From: an uncultured Treponema sp.
GTDB taxonomy: Bacteria; Spirochaetota; Spirochaetia; Treponematales; Treponemataceae
Assembly (NCBI GenBank): GCA_945833725.1
Contig: CAMAFU010000001.1
Span: forward strand, 1 to 35,697
Direction: 5' to 3'
DNA: 35,697 bases
Below, one piece after another: positions 27,408 through 35,697 of the stretch (positions are counted from its first letter, which is position 1; each line of letters starts with the position of its first letter). Both the position numbers and the translations under genes were made by a program. The notes under the pieces were generated by a model. That model ran no database searches. It was given only the letters and a program-made list of their open reading frames with translations, and was not told the DNA's origin.

Positions 27408-28154
27408 TTATTCTTTCCAGAGAGTATATTTTTCACATTCAAGAATTTTTTTTGCATTTTCTACCCGTTCCAAAGAAGGGCTGGGTGTATCTTTTAAAGG
27501 ATAGTTTATGCCTAAATCTTTGTATTTTGTTATGGCAAGACCGTGATATGGAAGAACTTCGACCCTCTGTACATTGGACAAAGTGCGTATAAAATCCCTA
27601 GTTTTTTCCAGATAAATGTCGTTGTCTGTAATAAACGGAACAAGAACATGGCGAATCCATATAGGCTTATGAATTTCGTCAAGATAGCGGAACATTTGAA
27701 TTATATTTTTGCCTGTTTTGCCTGTAAGTTTTATATGCTCCTCTTCGTCGATGTGTTTTATGTCCATAAGGAGCAAATCTGTAACTTCCATAAGGCGGTT
27801 AAACTTTGAAAACCATGGTTCTTCTTTTGTAAAAGGCTCTCCTGCCGTATCTATACAGGTGTTTATACCGTTTTGCTTTGCTTTTGTAAAAAGTTCTATA
27901 AGAAAATCTATTTGAAGAAGAGGTTCTCCGCCGGAAACAGTTATGCCACCCTTTTTTCCCCAGTAACTTTTACAGGAAAGGGCTTCTTTTATTAAATCGT
28001 CTGTTTCCCAGAGAGTTCCCCTGTTCTGCACCCATGTATCAGGATTGTGGCAATACTTACACCGCAGAGCACATCCTGATGTAAATATAATAAACCGGGA
28101 ACCAGGCCCGTCTGCACAGCCAAAACTTTCCAGCTGATGAATATATCCCTGCAT
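27408..28154 (-). CDS. pflA: Pyruvate formate-lyase activating enzyme (radical SAM)
   Basis: DGPG, CALRCKYCHNPDTW, GGITVSGGEPLLQ, WIRHVLVP, LPYH. Confidence 0.93.
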   Translation of the reverse strand: MQGYIHQLESFGCADGPGSRFIIFTSGCALRCKYCHNPDTWVQNRGTLWETDDLIKEALSCKSYWGKKGGITVSGGEPLLQIDFLIELFTKAKQNGINTCIDTAGEPFTKEEPWFSKFNRLMEVTDLLLMDIKHIDEEEHIKLTGKTGKNIIQMFRYLDEIHKPIWIRHVLVPFITDNDIYLEKTRDFIRTLSNVQRVEVLPYHGLAITKYKDLGINYPLKDTPSPSLERVENAKKILECEKYTLWKE

Positions 28155-28255
28155 TTTTTACTCCAGTTTTTTTACGATGCAGTTACCAAAGCACTTTAGC
28201 CCGGCTTTTTTCTGCCTACCACAATTTTAACCGTTTTTTGAACTTTGCTCCAGCG

Positions 28256-28543
28256 TTAAATATTTTCGGCTTTTACGAAAAACAGTTTTATTCCTTCCCG
28301 CTGATACTGATGCTTTACTGCAGAAACTATGGATTTTATTTCGTTGATTTTTTCTTCTTCGATATAGGTGATAAGAAGGAAATTTGTTTCCGGCCATATA
28401 TTGTCGCCGTTTTTGTAGCTGTTTTTTCCTTTGCCTGTTACTACAGGAATTATTGTATAGAGAATATCGGGTATATACTCTTCAAGAAGCGTTATTATTT
28501 CTTCCTGAACAGACTGATTTGCTATAATTTCACATCTAACCAT
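28256..28543 (-). CDS. PII-like, RND-transporter-associated small protein (PG0541-like)
   Basis: YTIIPVVTGKG...GDNIWPETN. Follows the RND gene. SD GGAGG before ATG 28543. Confidence 0.75.
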   Translation of the reverse strand: MVRCEIIANQSVQEEIITLLEEYIPDILYTIIPVVTGKGKNSYKNGDNIWPETNFLLITYIEEEKINEIKSIVSAVKHQYQREGIKLFFVKAENI

Positions 28544-28603
28544 TGTTCCCTCCATATAAAATTATATGCAGTTTCTTTTACTACAGTTGAAGACAAAAAG
28601 CAA

Positions 28604-28717
28604 TTGCCCCGCCCTTGAAAGGCTGTCTTAGCCCGGATTGGAGCAGCGGCGAAGCCGTCCGCCGAAGGCGGATGGAGCGGCAGCGGAACTGCGGAAAGCC
28701 GGTAAGGAGCAGGGTAA
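28604..28717. repeat. Family A copy 7 (variant ends)
   Basis: Minus strand: CGGctttccGCAGttccgctgccgctcca...CTGCtccaatCCG. Outer stem TTGCCC/GGGTAA. Confidence 0.8.
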
Positions 28718-28737
28718 AATATGCTCCTATTTTTATT

Positions 28738-31700
28738 TTATTCTGTCAGAAGAACCTTTATTTTACTTTTTTCTACTGTTTTTTCTTTCATTATAAGGCT
28801 GTACAAAACCGGTATAAAAAACAGTGTAATAAATGTTGAACTTATTAAGCCGCCTACTACGGCAACTCCAATAGGCTGTACCATTCCTGCACTTCCTTCT
28901 GTAGAAAAACACATAGGCAGCATTCCCAGAACTGTTGTAAGAGTTGTCATTAGAACTGGCCTAAGACGGGATTTTCCTGCTTCAAAACAGGCATCGTACA
29001 TTTTGTAACCACGGCTTATAAGAAGGTTTGTGTAATCCACAAGAATAATTCCGTTGTTTACGACTATACCTACAAGCATTATAAGACCTACTGCACTTGT
29101 CATGCTGAATGCCTGCCCTGTTATTTTATAGAAAAACACTACGCCAATTATAAGGAATGGAATTGTACACAGGTTTATGAAAGGTGCTTTAAATGATTCA
29201 TAAGTTCCGGCCATTACACCAAATACAAGGAGAATTGCCATTGCCGCTATAAGTCCGTAAATTTTTCCCTGCTGTTTTGTGTCTTTCCAGTTGCCTTCAA
29301 AACTTAGCGTTGTGCCGTCTGGAACTATAAAACTTTGTGCAATGCCGTTTTTTATGTCTTCTTCCACTTCGTAATCGTTTCTGTTTCCGTTATTGTCCGC
29401 AAAAACTTTTATAACCCTTGCCTGATTTTCCCGTCTTATGGAAACAGGTCCCAGACCTTTTTTTACGGCTGCAAAATTTGCCACGCTGACCATTCCTCCC
29501 GTGCCGCTTACATAAATCTGTTCCAAATCCATCACAGACTTGCGGTCTTCGTTTCTGTATTGAATAACCATATCGTATTCTTTGCCGTTATCCCTGTATG
29601 TTGTGGCTGTAACTCCGTTAATGGCATAGTTTATTTCTTTTGCAACGGTCTGGACATCAACTCCAAAATCATAAGCCCGCTGACGGTCGATTGTTATTTC
29701 TATTTCCGGCAAACCTTTTTCTGTATCGATGGAAACTTCTGAAATGTCGGGAATGTTTTCCATTACGGTGCGGATTTTTTCTGCCACATCAAGGGCGCCT
29801 TCAAAATCGTTGGAGCGGACTTTTATTTGGAAAGAAGAACCTGTCATTTGCCCCCGTGTTCCCTGACTGAAATTGAATTTTGCGCCCGGAAAATCCATAA
29901 AATGAGTGCGCAGTTTTTTCTGTACTGTTTGTGCTGTATCTATTTGTTCGGAGGCCTGCGGAAGATTGATTTGTATTGAACCTTTATAGGATTTTCCCCC
30001 GGCGCCTGAACCTGTTCCCACAGATGTGATTATTGTTTTGTATCCTTTTATTTCTTCGGTACAGATTTTTTCAAAATTCTTTAATACGGCCGATGTTTCC
30101 TGCAAAGTTGTTCCTATAGGCATTGTAAGATTCATTGTAACGCTGTCGTCACCGCCGCCTGTCATCATCTGTATGCGCAAAGTGGGAATAAAGGAAAGAG
30201 CCATAAAAAGAAGGCAGCAGCAGATTATACATGTTACTGCCCGGTTTTTTAGTGCCAGCGAAAGAACTTTTCCATAAACATTGTTAAGACGGTTAAAGGA
30301 TTTTTCCAGAAAATCGTAAAAAGTTTTTAATATTTTGGATTTTACCGGTTTTTCGTTTCTGTTGCTTAATGGAAGGAATTTTCCCGCCAGAACAGGAACA
30401 AGGAATATAGCTACAAAAAGTGATGATACAAGGGCAATTACAACGGTAAAGATTATGCCCTTGAACATCTGCCCCATCATTCCCAAATCTTTAAGAAAAA
30501 ACAGGAAAGGAACAAAAACGCATATTGTAGTTATGTTTCCCGAAAAAACAGACATAAGCATTTCCGATGAACCTAAAACTGCCGCAACTTTTGGTTTTGC
30601 ACCTCTTGTTCTGTAAACATAGATGTTTTCAATCATTACAATGGAGGCATCTACAATCATTCCTACGCCAAGAATAAGGCCTGTTAAAGTCATCATGTTA
30701 AGAGTTATGCCGGAAAGATTCATGGCAAGAAGGGTTATGACTATGGAAAGGGGAATGGAAATTCCAATTATAAGCGTTGATTTAAAGTTTTTTAAGAAAA
30801 GGAAGAGAATTACAACGGCAAGAATTAAACCTTCCAGAGCACTTTTTACAAGAGTGTTAATTGTATCGTTTATCTGCTCGGAAGAATCCCGGATTACTTC
30901 CATTTGAATGTCCAAAGGTAAAAGTTCCTGGATTTCTGCCATTTTTTCCCGGGCAGCTTTTGCAACGGTAACTGTATTTTTACCAGACTGCTTTGTTATG
31001 GAAACATATACGCCGGGCTTTCCGTTTATATAAACTTCGCTGGATTTGTCTTTGTAACCTATATAGGCATTGGCAATATCCCTTAAACGCACGGTATAAC
31101 CGTTTTTTTTCGTAATTACAGTGTCCCTTACTTCTTCGATGTTGGAAAACTCTCCTGTAGTTCTAACAGTATAATCCTGCTTTCCTTCCGTAATTTTGCC
31201 GCCTCCCAGCTCCAGGTTCTGTTTTGCCATGGCCGAATATACCTGAGCCATTGTTAAATTCCAGGCGGCCAATCTGTTTTGGCTTATATCTACCCTTACG
31301 ATTTTTTCCCGGCCACCACTTACGCTGGCTTCGGCAACACCATCAACCTGTTCAAACAGATCTATTATTGTATCTTCAGCAATAAGTTTTAAATCATCGT
31401 TGGAACGGTTTCCCCGGACTGCAATTCTCATTATAGGCATGGAATCGGCATCCATTTTTACGATTGTGGGAGATGAAGCGTCGTCGGGGAGTTTTCTTGT
31501 TACGCGGCTTATTTTGTCCCGAATGTCGTTCATGGCTTCATCAAGATTTGTGCCGTAATTGAACTCCAGCGAAATTGAAGAAGAAGCGGCACTGGAAGTT
31601 GATGTAATGTTTTTTAGCCCCTGTACGCTTACCAGCTGACCTTCCAGAACTTTTGTTACGGATTTTTCGACAGATTCGGGACTGGCGTTTGTATATGTTG

Positions 31701-31845
31701 TTCTTACCGTTACATAAGGACTGTCCACATCTGGCATAAGGCTTACGGCGACATTTTGAAGCGTAAAAAGCCCTACAATTAAAAGAAGGACAAAAACTAT
31801 AAGTGTAAGAACAGGATGATCCAGCGTCTTTTTTGTTATGCTCAT
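28738..31845 (-). CDS. RND efflux permease (AcrB/AcrD/AcrF family)
   Basis: GMIVDASIVMIEN, GIVVNNGIILVD, SRLRPVLMTT. 1035 aa. Confidence 0.95.
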   Translation of the reverse strand: MSITKKTLDHPVLTLIVFVLLLIVGLFTLQNVAVSLMPDVDSPYVTVRTTYTNASPESVEKSVTKVLEGQLVSVQGLKNITSTSSAASSSISLEFNYGTNLDEAMNDIRDKISRVTRKLPDDASSPTIVKMDADSMPIMRIAVRGNRSNDDLKLIAEDTIIDLFEQVDGVAEASVSGGREKIVRVDISQNRLAAWNLTMAQVYSAMAKQNLELGGGKITEGKQDYTVRTTGEFSNIEEVRDTVITKKNGYTVRLRDIANAYIGYKDKSSEVYINGKPGVYVSITKQSGKNTVTVAKAAREKMAEIQELLPLDIQMEVIRDSSEQINDTINTLVKSALEGLILAVVILFLFLKNFKSTLIIGISIPLSIVITLLAMNLSGITLNMMTLTGLILGVGMIVDASIVMIENIYVYRTRGAKPKVAAVLGSSEMLMSVFSGNITTICVFVPFLFFLKDLGMMGQMFKGIIFTVVIALVSSLFVAIFLVPVLAGKFLPLSNRNEKPVKSKILKTFYDFLEKSFNRLNNVYGKVLSLALKNRAVTCIICCCLLFMALSFIPTLRIQMMTGGGDDSVTMNLTMPIGTTLQETSAVLKNFEKICTEEIKGYKTIITSVGTGSGAGGKSYKGSIQINLPQASEQIDTAQTVQKKLRTHFMDFPGAKFNFSQGTRGQMTGSSFQIKVRSNDFEGALDVAEKIRTVMENIPDISEVSIDTEKGLPEIEITIDRQRAYDFGVDVQTVAKEINYAINGVTATTYRDNGKEYDMVIQYRNEDRKSVMDLEQIYVSGTGGMVSVANFAAVKKGLGPVSIRRENQARVIKVFADNNGNRNDYEVEEDIKNGIAQSFIVPDGTTLSFEGNWKDTKQQGKIYGLIAAMAILLVFGVMAGTYESFKAPFINLCTIPFLIIGVVFFYKITGQAFSMTSAVGLIMLVGIVVNNGIILVDYTNLLISRGYKMYDACFEAGKSRLRPVLMTTLTTVLGMLPMCFSTEGSAGMVQPIGVAVVGGLISSTFITLFFIPVLYSLIMKEKTVEKSKIKVLLTE

Positions 31846-31863
31846 AAAAAACCTCCGCCCCGG

Positions 31864-32793
31864 CTATTGTTTTACTTCCTGAACTTTTGAACCGTCTCCA
31901 AGAGAACTCATTCCCTGAACAACAACTTTTTCGCCGGTTTGTACGCCTTCAAGAATCTGAATAAAACCGTCTACAGATTTTCCCGTTACAACCTGTCGTT
32001 TTGAAACCGTATTGTTTTCGTTAATAACATAGGCAAAAAAATCATCTCCGTTCTGCACAATCGAATCTGAAGGAAGCAAAACCTGCTCATCATACTTTTG
32101 AGTATAAAGTTTTACTTTGGCAAACATTCCTGCATTTACGCCAGACTCTTCCCTGTCGAAATGAAGGATAATCTGTTTAGTGCGGCTTACAGAATCTACA
32201 ACGGGGCTTACCCTAACAACAGTTGCAGAAAAAACTGTTCCAGGGTAGGCTTCCACGCTAACATCGCCTTTAAGGCCTTTTTTTAAAACGGCAACATATC
32301 TTTCCGGCACATTTACTGTAATCTGAAGGTTTTTTATATCGCCGATTTCTGTAATTGCACTGTTTGTAGTAATTTTTGTGCCGTTTTTCAGCGGTACTGT
32401 AATTATGCTTCCCGAAATAGGAGCGTAAACCGGACTAAGTTTATAATTTGTGCCCGGCTCACTGGGATCAATATATGCAATTATTTCACCTTTTTTTACC
32501 GTTGAACCAAGCATTACGGAAGTTGAAATTATTTTTCCCCCGATATCAGAAAAAACGCTTACAGAGTTCTGACTTTCCACTTCGCCGTTTGTTAAAATAT
32601 AGTCTTGAAGAAAATCTTTCTGAGCCACCATAGATTTTACGGAAACAACAGTATTTCCCCTTTGTTTTGCAGGCATTTTTTTCCCATCGTTTTTGCCGCC
32701 TGTGTTTGCTAAAAAGGCAGCAGCCAAAGTTATAATTATGGCAGCCAAAGCCACAAAAAATGATTTTTTAACTTGTTTTCCAAAAATTTTCAT
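31864..32793 (-). CDS. RND periplasmic adaptor (membrane fusion protein)
   Basis: Lipoyl half-motifs VKKGEIIAYID and VYAPISGSI with almost no intervening hairpin, plus SPVVDSVSRT and GMFAKV. Confidence 0.92.
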   Translation of the reverse strand: MKIFGKQVKKSFFVALAAIIITLAAAFLANTGGKNDGKKMPAKQRGNTVVSVKSMVAQKDFLQDYILTNGEVESQNSVSVFSDIGGKIISTSVMLGSTVKKGEIIAYIDPSEPGTNYKLSPVYAPISGSIITVPLKNGTKITTNSAITEIGDIKNLQITVNVPERYVAVLKKGLKGDVSVEAYPGTVFSATVVRVSPVVDSVSRTKQIILHFDREESGVNAGMFAKVKLYTQKYDEQVLLPSDSIVQNGDDFFAYVINENNTVSKRQVVTGKSVDGFIQILEGVQTGEKVVVQGMSSLGDGSKVQEVKQ

Positions 32794-32868
32794 ATATCAC
32801 CTCTATAATCTGATTTTATAATTCCGGCAGAAATAAACATCACCACAAAAACCGCGCCCCGGCAGGGA

Positions 32869-34155
32869 TTATTTTTTTTCTTTCGTCAGACTGCAAAAAT
32901 CGCATCCAATAGAATTTTCAAGTTCAAGAATTGTTTTGCCCAAAGAAAGAATATTACTGTTTAAAGTAACCTGTGCATTAAGAAGAGTTGTGCCGGCATT
33001 CTGCAAAGTAAGCAAATCTTTAGTTCCCCGGCTGTATGCTTCCTGTGTCATTAAAAAAGTTTTTTCAGCCAGAGCAATATTTGCCTGACTGTATTTTATA
33101 GATTCCTGAATTTGCCTGATTGACCGGAGGGAGGACTGTATTTCTCTTAAAAAGTCTTTTTTTGCATCAGAAAGCTGAAGCTGCAAATCATTTACAGAAT
33201 TTTTTGCCTTTTTTACAGCAATATTTTGACTTGACCAGGGAAAAACACCGTCGAGGGGAATAGACGCAGAAACAGATGCAGAAAATGAAGAGGAATTTTT
33301 TAATCCGTCGGAATAGATTTTATCATTCCATTTTACAGAAGAACTTATTGAAGGGGCATAAGCCGAAAATTTTCCGTCAAGAACAGAAATTTCTGCACCT
33401 TCAAGTTTTTTTTCCAGAAGTTTTACCTCATCAGAATTAAAATCCATTCCTTCAAGGGTTATTTCTCCTAAGAAAAGAATATCGTCCAGAGAGCCTTCCA
33501 GTTCAACCTTATCTTGAATTTTCAATCCTAAAACCTGCTTAAAGGAATCCAGATCATTTTGAAAAGTTGTTCTAGCCTGTTCCACAAGGGGAATTTTCTG
33601 TTTGTAGGAAACTTCGGCACTAATTGCGTCAATTTCGCTCAACCTTCCGTTGCTGTATTTTACAAGATTATTTTCGTATTGAGTTTTTGCGTTTTTTAAA
33701 TTTTCTTCCTGAAGAAGAATATTTTCTTTTTCGTAAATAAGGGCATAAAAAGCCTGACGGACAGATTTTTCCACATTCCGTACAGCCTGACGGAAGGAAA
33801 TTTCGCTTTGTTCCCAGGCATTCTTTGTATTTTTAATTTGAGAAAAAAGATTTGCCGTAAGATTAAGGGAAAGGGTTACAGATAAATCAACAGAAGTGTC
33901 GCTTACGGAATTCAAGGGAATTGAAGAGGAAACACCGCCTTTTAAAGATGGAGCAGCAGAATTCCATCCGTATTTTTTTGCAGTTTCCGCATTCTTTAAA
34001 GAAATAACGCTCCGCTCAACGGAAACATTGTTTTCCAAACCAAGGGCAACAGCCTTATCCACATTAAGAATGTATGCATTTTCGTTTTCCTGGGCAAAAA
34101 TAAAACATGCAGTTCCCAGAAAAAAAATAACCGTAAACCAAGATTTTATTTTCAT
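32869..34155 (-). CDS. TolC-family outer-membrane efflux protein
   Basis: Signal peptide, repeated YSNGRLSEID / YSRGTKDLLTL motifs, first gene of the RND operon. Start 34155 or 34161. Confidence 0.88.
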   Translation of the reverse strand: MKIKSWFTVIFFLGTACFIFAQENENAYILNVDKAVALGLENNVSVERSVISLKNAETAKKYGWNSAAPSLKGGVSSSIPLNSVSDTSVDLSVTLSLNLTANLFSQIKNTKNAWEQSEISFRQAVRNVEKSVRQAFYALIYEKENILLQEENLKNAKTQYENNLVKYSNGRLSEIDAISAEVSYKQKIPLVEQARTTFQNDLDSFKQVLGLKIQDKVELEGSLDDILFLGEITLEGMDFNSDEVKLLEKKLEGAEISVLDGKFSAYAPSISSSVKWNDKIYSDGLKNSSSFSASVSASIPLDGVFPWSSQNIAVKKAKNSVNDLQLQLSDAKKDFLREIQSSLRSIRQIQESIKYSQANIALAEKTFLMTQEAYSRGTKDLLTLQNAGTTLLNAQVTLNSNILSLGKTILELENSIGCDFCSLTKEKK

Positions 34156-34223
34156 AGTCATAATATAGTTTATCGGAAATTTTTTTTCATTAAGGGAGAA
34201 ATAATAAAATAATAAGAAAGTTC

Positions 34224-34997
34224 TTATTTTCTTGAAATGCAGAACAGCAAAACACCGGCAGCAACAGAAACATTAAGGCTGTCGATTTTTCCGCATGTAG
34301 GAATGCTTACAATAGAGTCGCACTGTTCCCGAAGAAGACGGGAAATTCCGCTGCCTTCGCTTCCCATAATAAGACAAGTTTTTCCAGAGAAATTAAACTC
34401 ATCAACATTAGTACCGCCGGCATCTGCACCGTAAATCCAAAATCCGGCATCTTTAAGTTTTTGAACAGCCCGAACAAGATTGTTTACAACAGCAACAGGA
34501 ACATAAGCACTGGCACCGGCAGAACTTCTGGCAATAATTTCGTTATCCTGAAAATCGTTTGCACTGTGGCGGGCAGGCATAACTACAAGAGAAACACCAA
34601 ACTGGTCAGAAGAACGAAGAATGGCACCCACATTATGAGGATCGGTAATGCTGTCCAAAACTAGAACAACAGATTTTTCCTTTTCGCTTTTTTTTGATTC
34701 AGTTAAAACCCAAAGGTCAAAATCAACACAGTTGTCCTGAGAAGAATTTTCACCTTCCTGAACAAGCACAATTCCTCTATGATCCCTTGCAACAGCCGGC
34801 AAAACTTTAACAAGGTCGTCAAGAACGCTTTCCCGGCAATTTTCTACAGGAATACAGGCTTTTTTTGCCAGTTCAAGAATTTTTTTGATTCTCGGCCCGG
34901 ATTTTGAAAGACGCAAAGACATGCCGTTATTTTTACCAGAAACAGCAGCTTTTCTAACTCGTTCTTCTATGGCATGAAAGCCCGTAATAACCTGCAT
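34224..34997 (-). CDS. rlmB: TrmH/SpoU RNA 2'-O-methyltransferase (RlmB-like)
   Basis: LDSITDPHNVGAILRS, MGSEGSGI, IPTCGKIDSLNVSVAAG. Confidence 0.88.
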   Translation of the reverse strand: MQVITGFHAIEERVRKAAVSGKNNGMSLRLSKSGPRIKKILELAKKACIPVENCRESVLDDLVKVLPAVARDHRGIVLVQEGENSSQDNCVDFDLWVLTESKKSEKEKSVVLVLDSITDPHNVGAILRSSDQFGVSLVVMPARHSANDFQDNEIIARSSAGASAYVPVAVVNNLVRAVQKLKDAGFWIYGADAGGTNVDEFNFSGKTCLIMGSEGSGISRLLREQCDSIVSIPTCGKIDSLNVSVAAGVLLFCISRK

Positions 34998-35002
34998 AAA
35001 AT

Positions 35003-35108
35003 CTCCTATAAAAACACCGCGTTAGCGGCAGTACATGGATGTGCTGAAAAAGTTTGCGAAACAAACAGTGATAAAAATTACACGGATGTAATTTTTATCA
35101 CGCCTCCT
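35003..35108. mobile_element. Family B ~100 bp element between ychJ and rlmB
   Basis: Near-identical to 20396-20500 and bounded by CTCCT (AGGAG) direct repeats. Confidence 0.8.
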
Positions 35109-35608
35109 TATCGGCCGCAACATTTTTTATATTTTTTACCGCTTCCACAAGGACAAGGATCGTTTCTACCGATTTTTTCACCTTCCCGAACAACAGTCAT
35201 CGGCTTAACATCACCAACTTCATACAGCCAGTTGCCGTCAACTTTTTTAAAATAGGCCTTTTCGTGATGAATATCGCGAATACCTTTTTTATCTGTATAA
35301 GTTGCTTCAAATTCCACAAGGCCTTCATCATCATTTACACCGCCTTTTTCCGTTGAAAGAATTTTAAGCCCATGCCATACAGATTCTTTAGACCACTGCT
35401 CAGTCGCTTTTCTGTCAATTTCAGCAAGTTTTTCGCCTTCTTCACAGGATTTAATAATAAAATCAATTTCGTGCTTTACATAGGAAGAATATCTTGCCCT
35501 CATTAAACTTTCGGCCGTAGGAGCCTTAATGCTGCCTTTAATTACAGGTTCACAACATTCGCCATAACATTTACCAGAGCCACAAGGACACAAATCTTTA
35601 TCAGACAT
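35108..35608 (-). CDS. ychJ: YchJ-family SEC-C motif protein
   Basis: [56 protein letters not shown] before ATG 35608. Confidence 0.92.
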   Translation of the reverse strand: MSDKDLCPCGSGKCYGECCEPVIKGSIKAPTAESLMRARYSSYVKHEIDFIIKSCEEGEKLAEIDRKATEQWSKESVWHGLKILSTEKGGVNDDEGLVEFEATYTDKKGIRDIHHEKAYFKKVDGNWLYEVGDVKPMTVVREGEKIGRNDPCPCGSGKKYKKCCGR

Positions 35609-35697
35609 AAACACCTCAAAAAAGAAAAATCCAGCACCGCCTAAAAGCAGTGAAAACGCCAACTATTATAAATTTTTACAGATAAAATTTAAAGTAA

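Noticed and set aside
4753-28839. Short ORFs overlapping repeats (e.g. 4753-4941, 6847-7288, 12519-12805, 28615-28839) and antisense ORFs inside large genes
   Set aside because: They are translations of GC-rich repeat DNA or shadows of well-supported genes, with no SD or recognisable motifs.
34168-34195. Sigma-28 promoter upstream of tolC (TTAA...TCCGATAA)
   Set aside because: Spacing is 12 nt rather than about 15. A sigma70 -10 placed 6 nt before the ATG explains the region better.
1-35697. tRNA, rRNA, transposase, integrase or phage genes
   Set aside because: None recognised in the sequence or the ORF track.

Overview
A 35.7 kb low-GC bacterial chromosomal window, most likely from an anaerobic gut or rumen Treponema-like spirochaete (inferred from gene content). 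The left ~10 kb is a decaying accessory region. It holds two AAA+/DUF4143-type ATPases, an AAA-PD-(D/E)XK gene, a disrupted ECF-S-component/histidine kinase/LuxR operon, TetR, GNAT, crcB and several internally deleted gene remnants. The rest is housekeeping and metabolism: pflB, metQ, carAB, an amtB-PII fusion, type III glnA, an O-methyltransferase-HAD fusion, PTS IIA, a lytic transglycosylase, thyX, pflA, a TolC-MFP-RND-PII-like efflux operon, a TrmH methylase and YchJ/SEC-C. The most notable signals are non-coding: (i) seven divergent copies of a structured intergenic element with compensatory base changes; (ii) a ~100 bp element that sits in and regenerates Shine-Dalgarno sites; (iii) a third repeat family, with one copy flanked by a 12 bp direct repeat; (iv) ANTAR-like hairpins embedded in terminators in the glnA and carA leaders; (v) an NrdR-like box upstream of pflB; (vi) six genes with a -10 box exactly 6 nt before the ATG, suggesting leaderless mRNAs. 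All calls were made by eye; no database searches were run.
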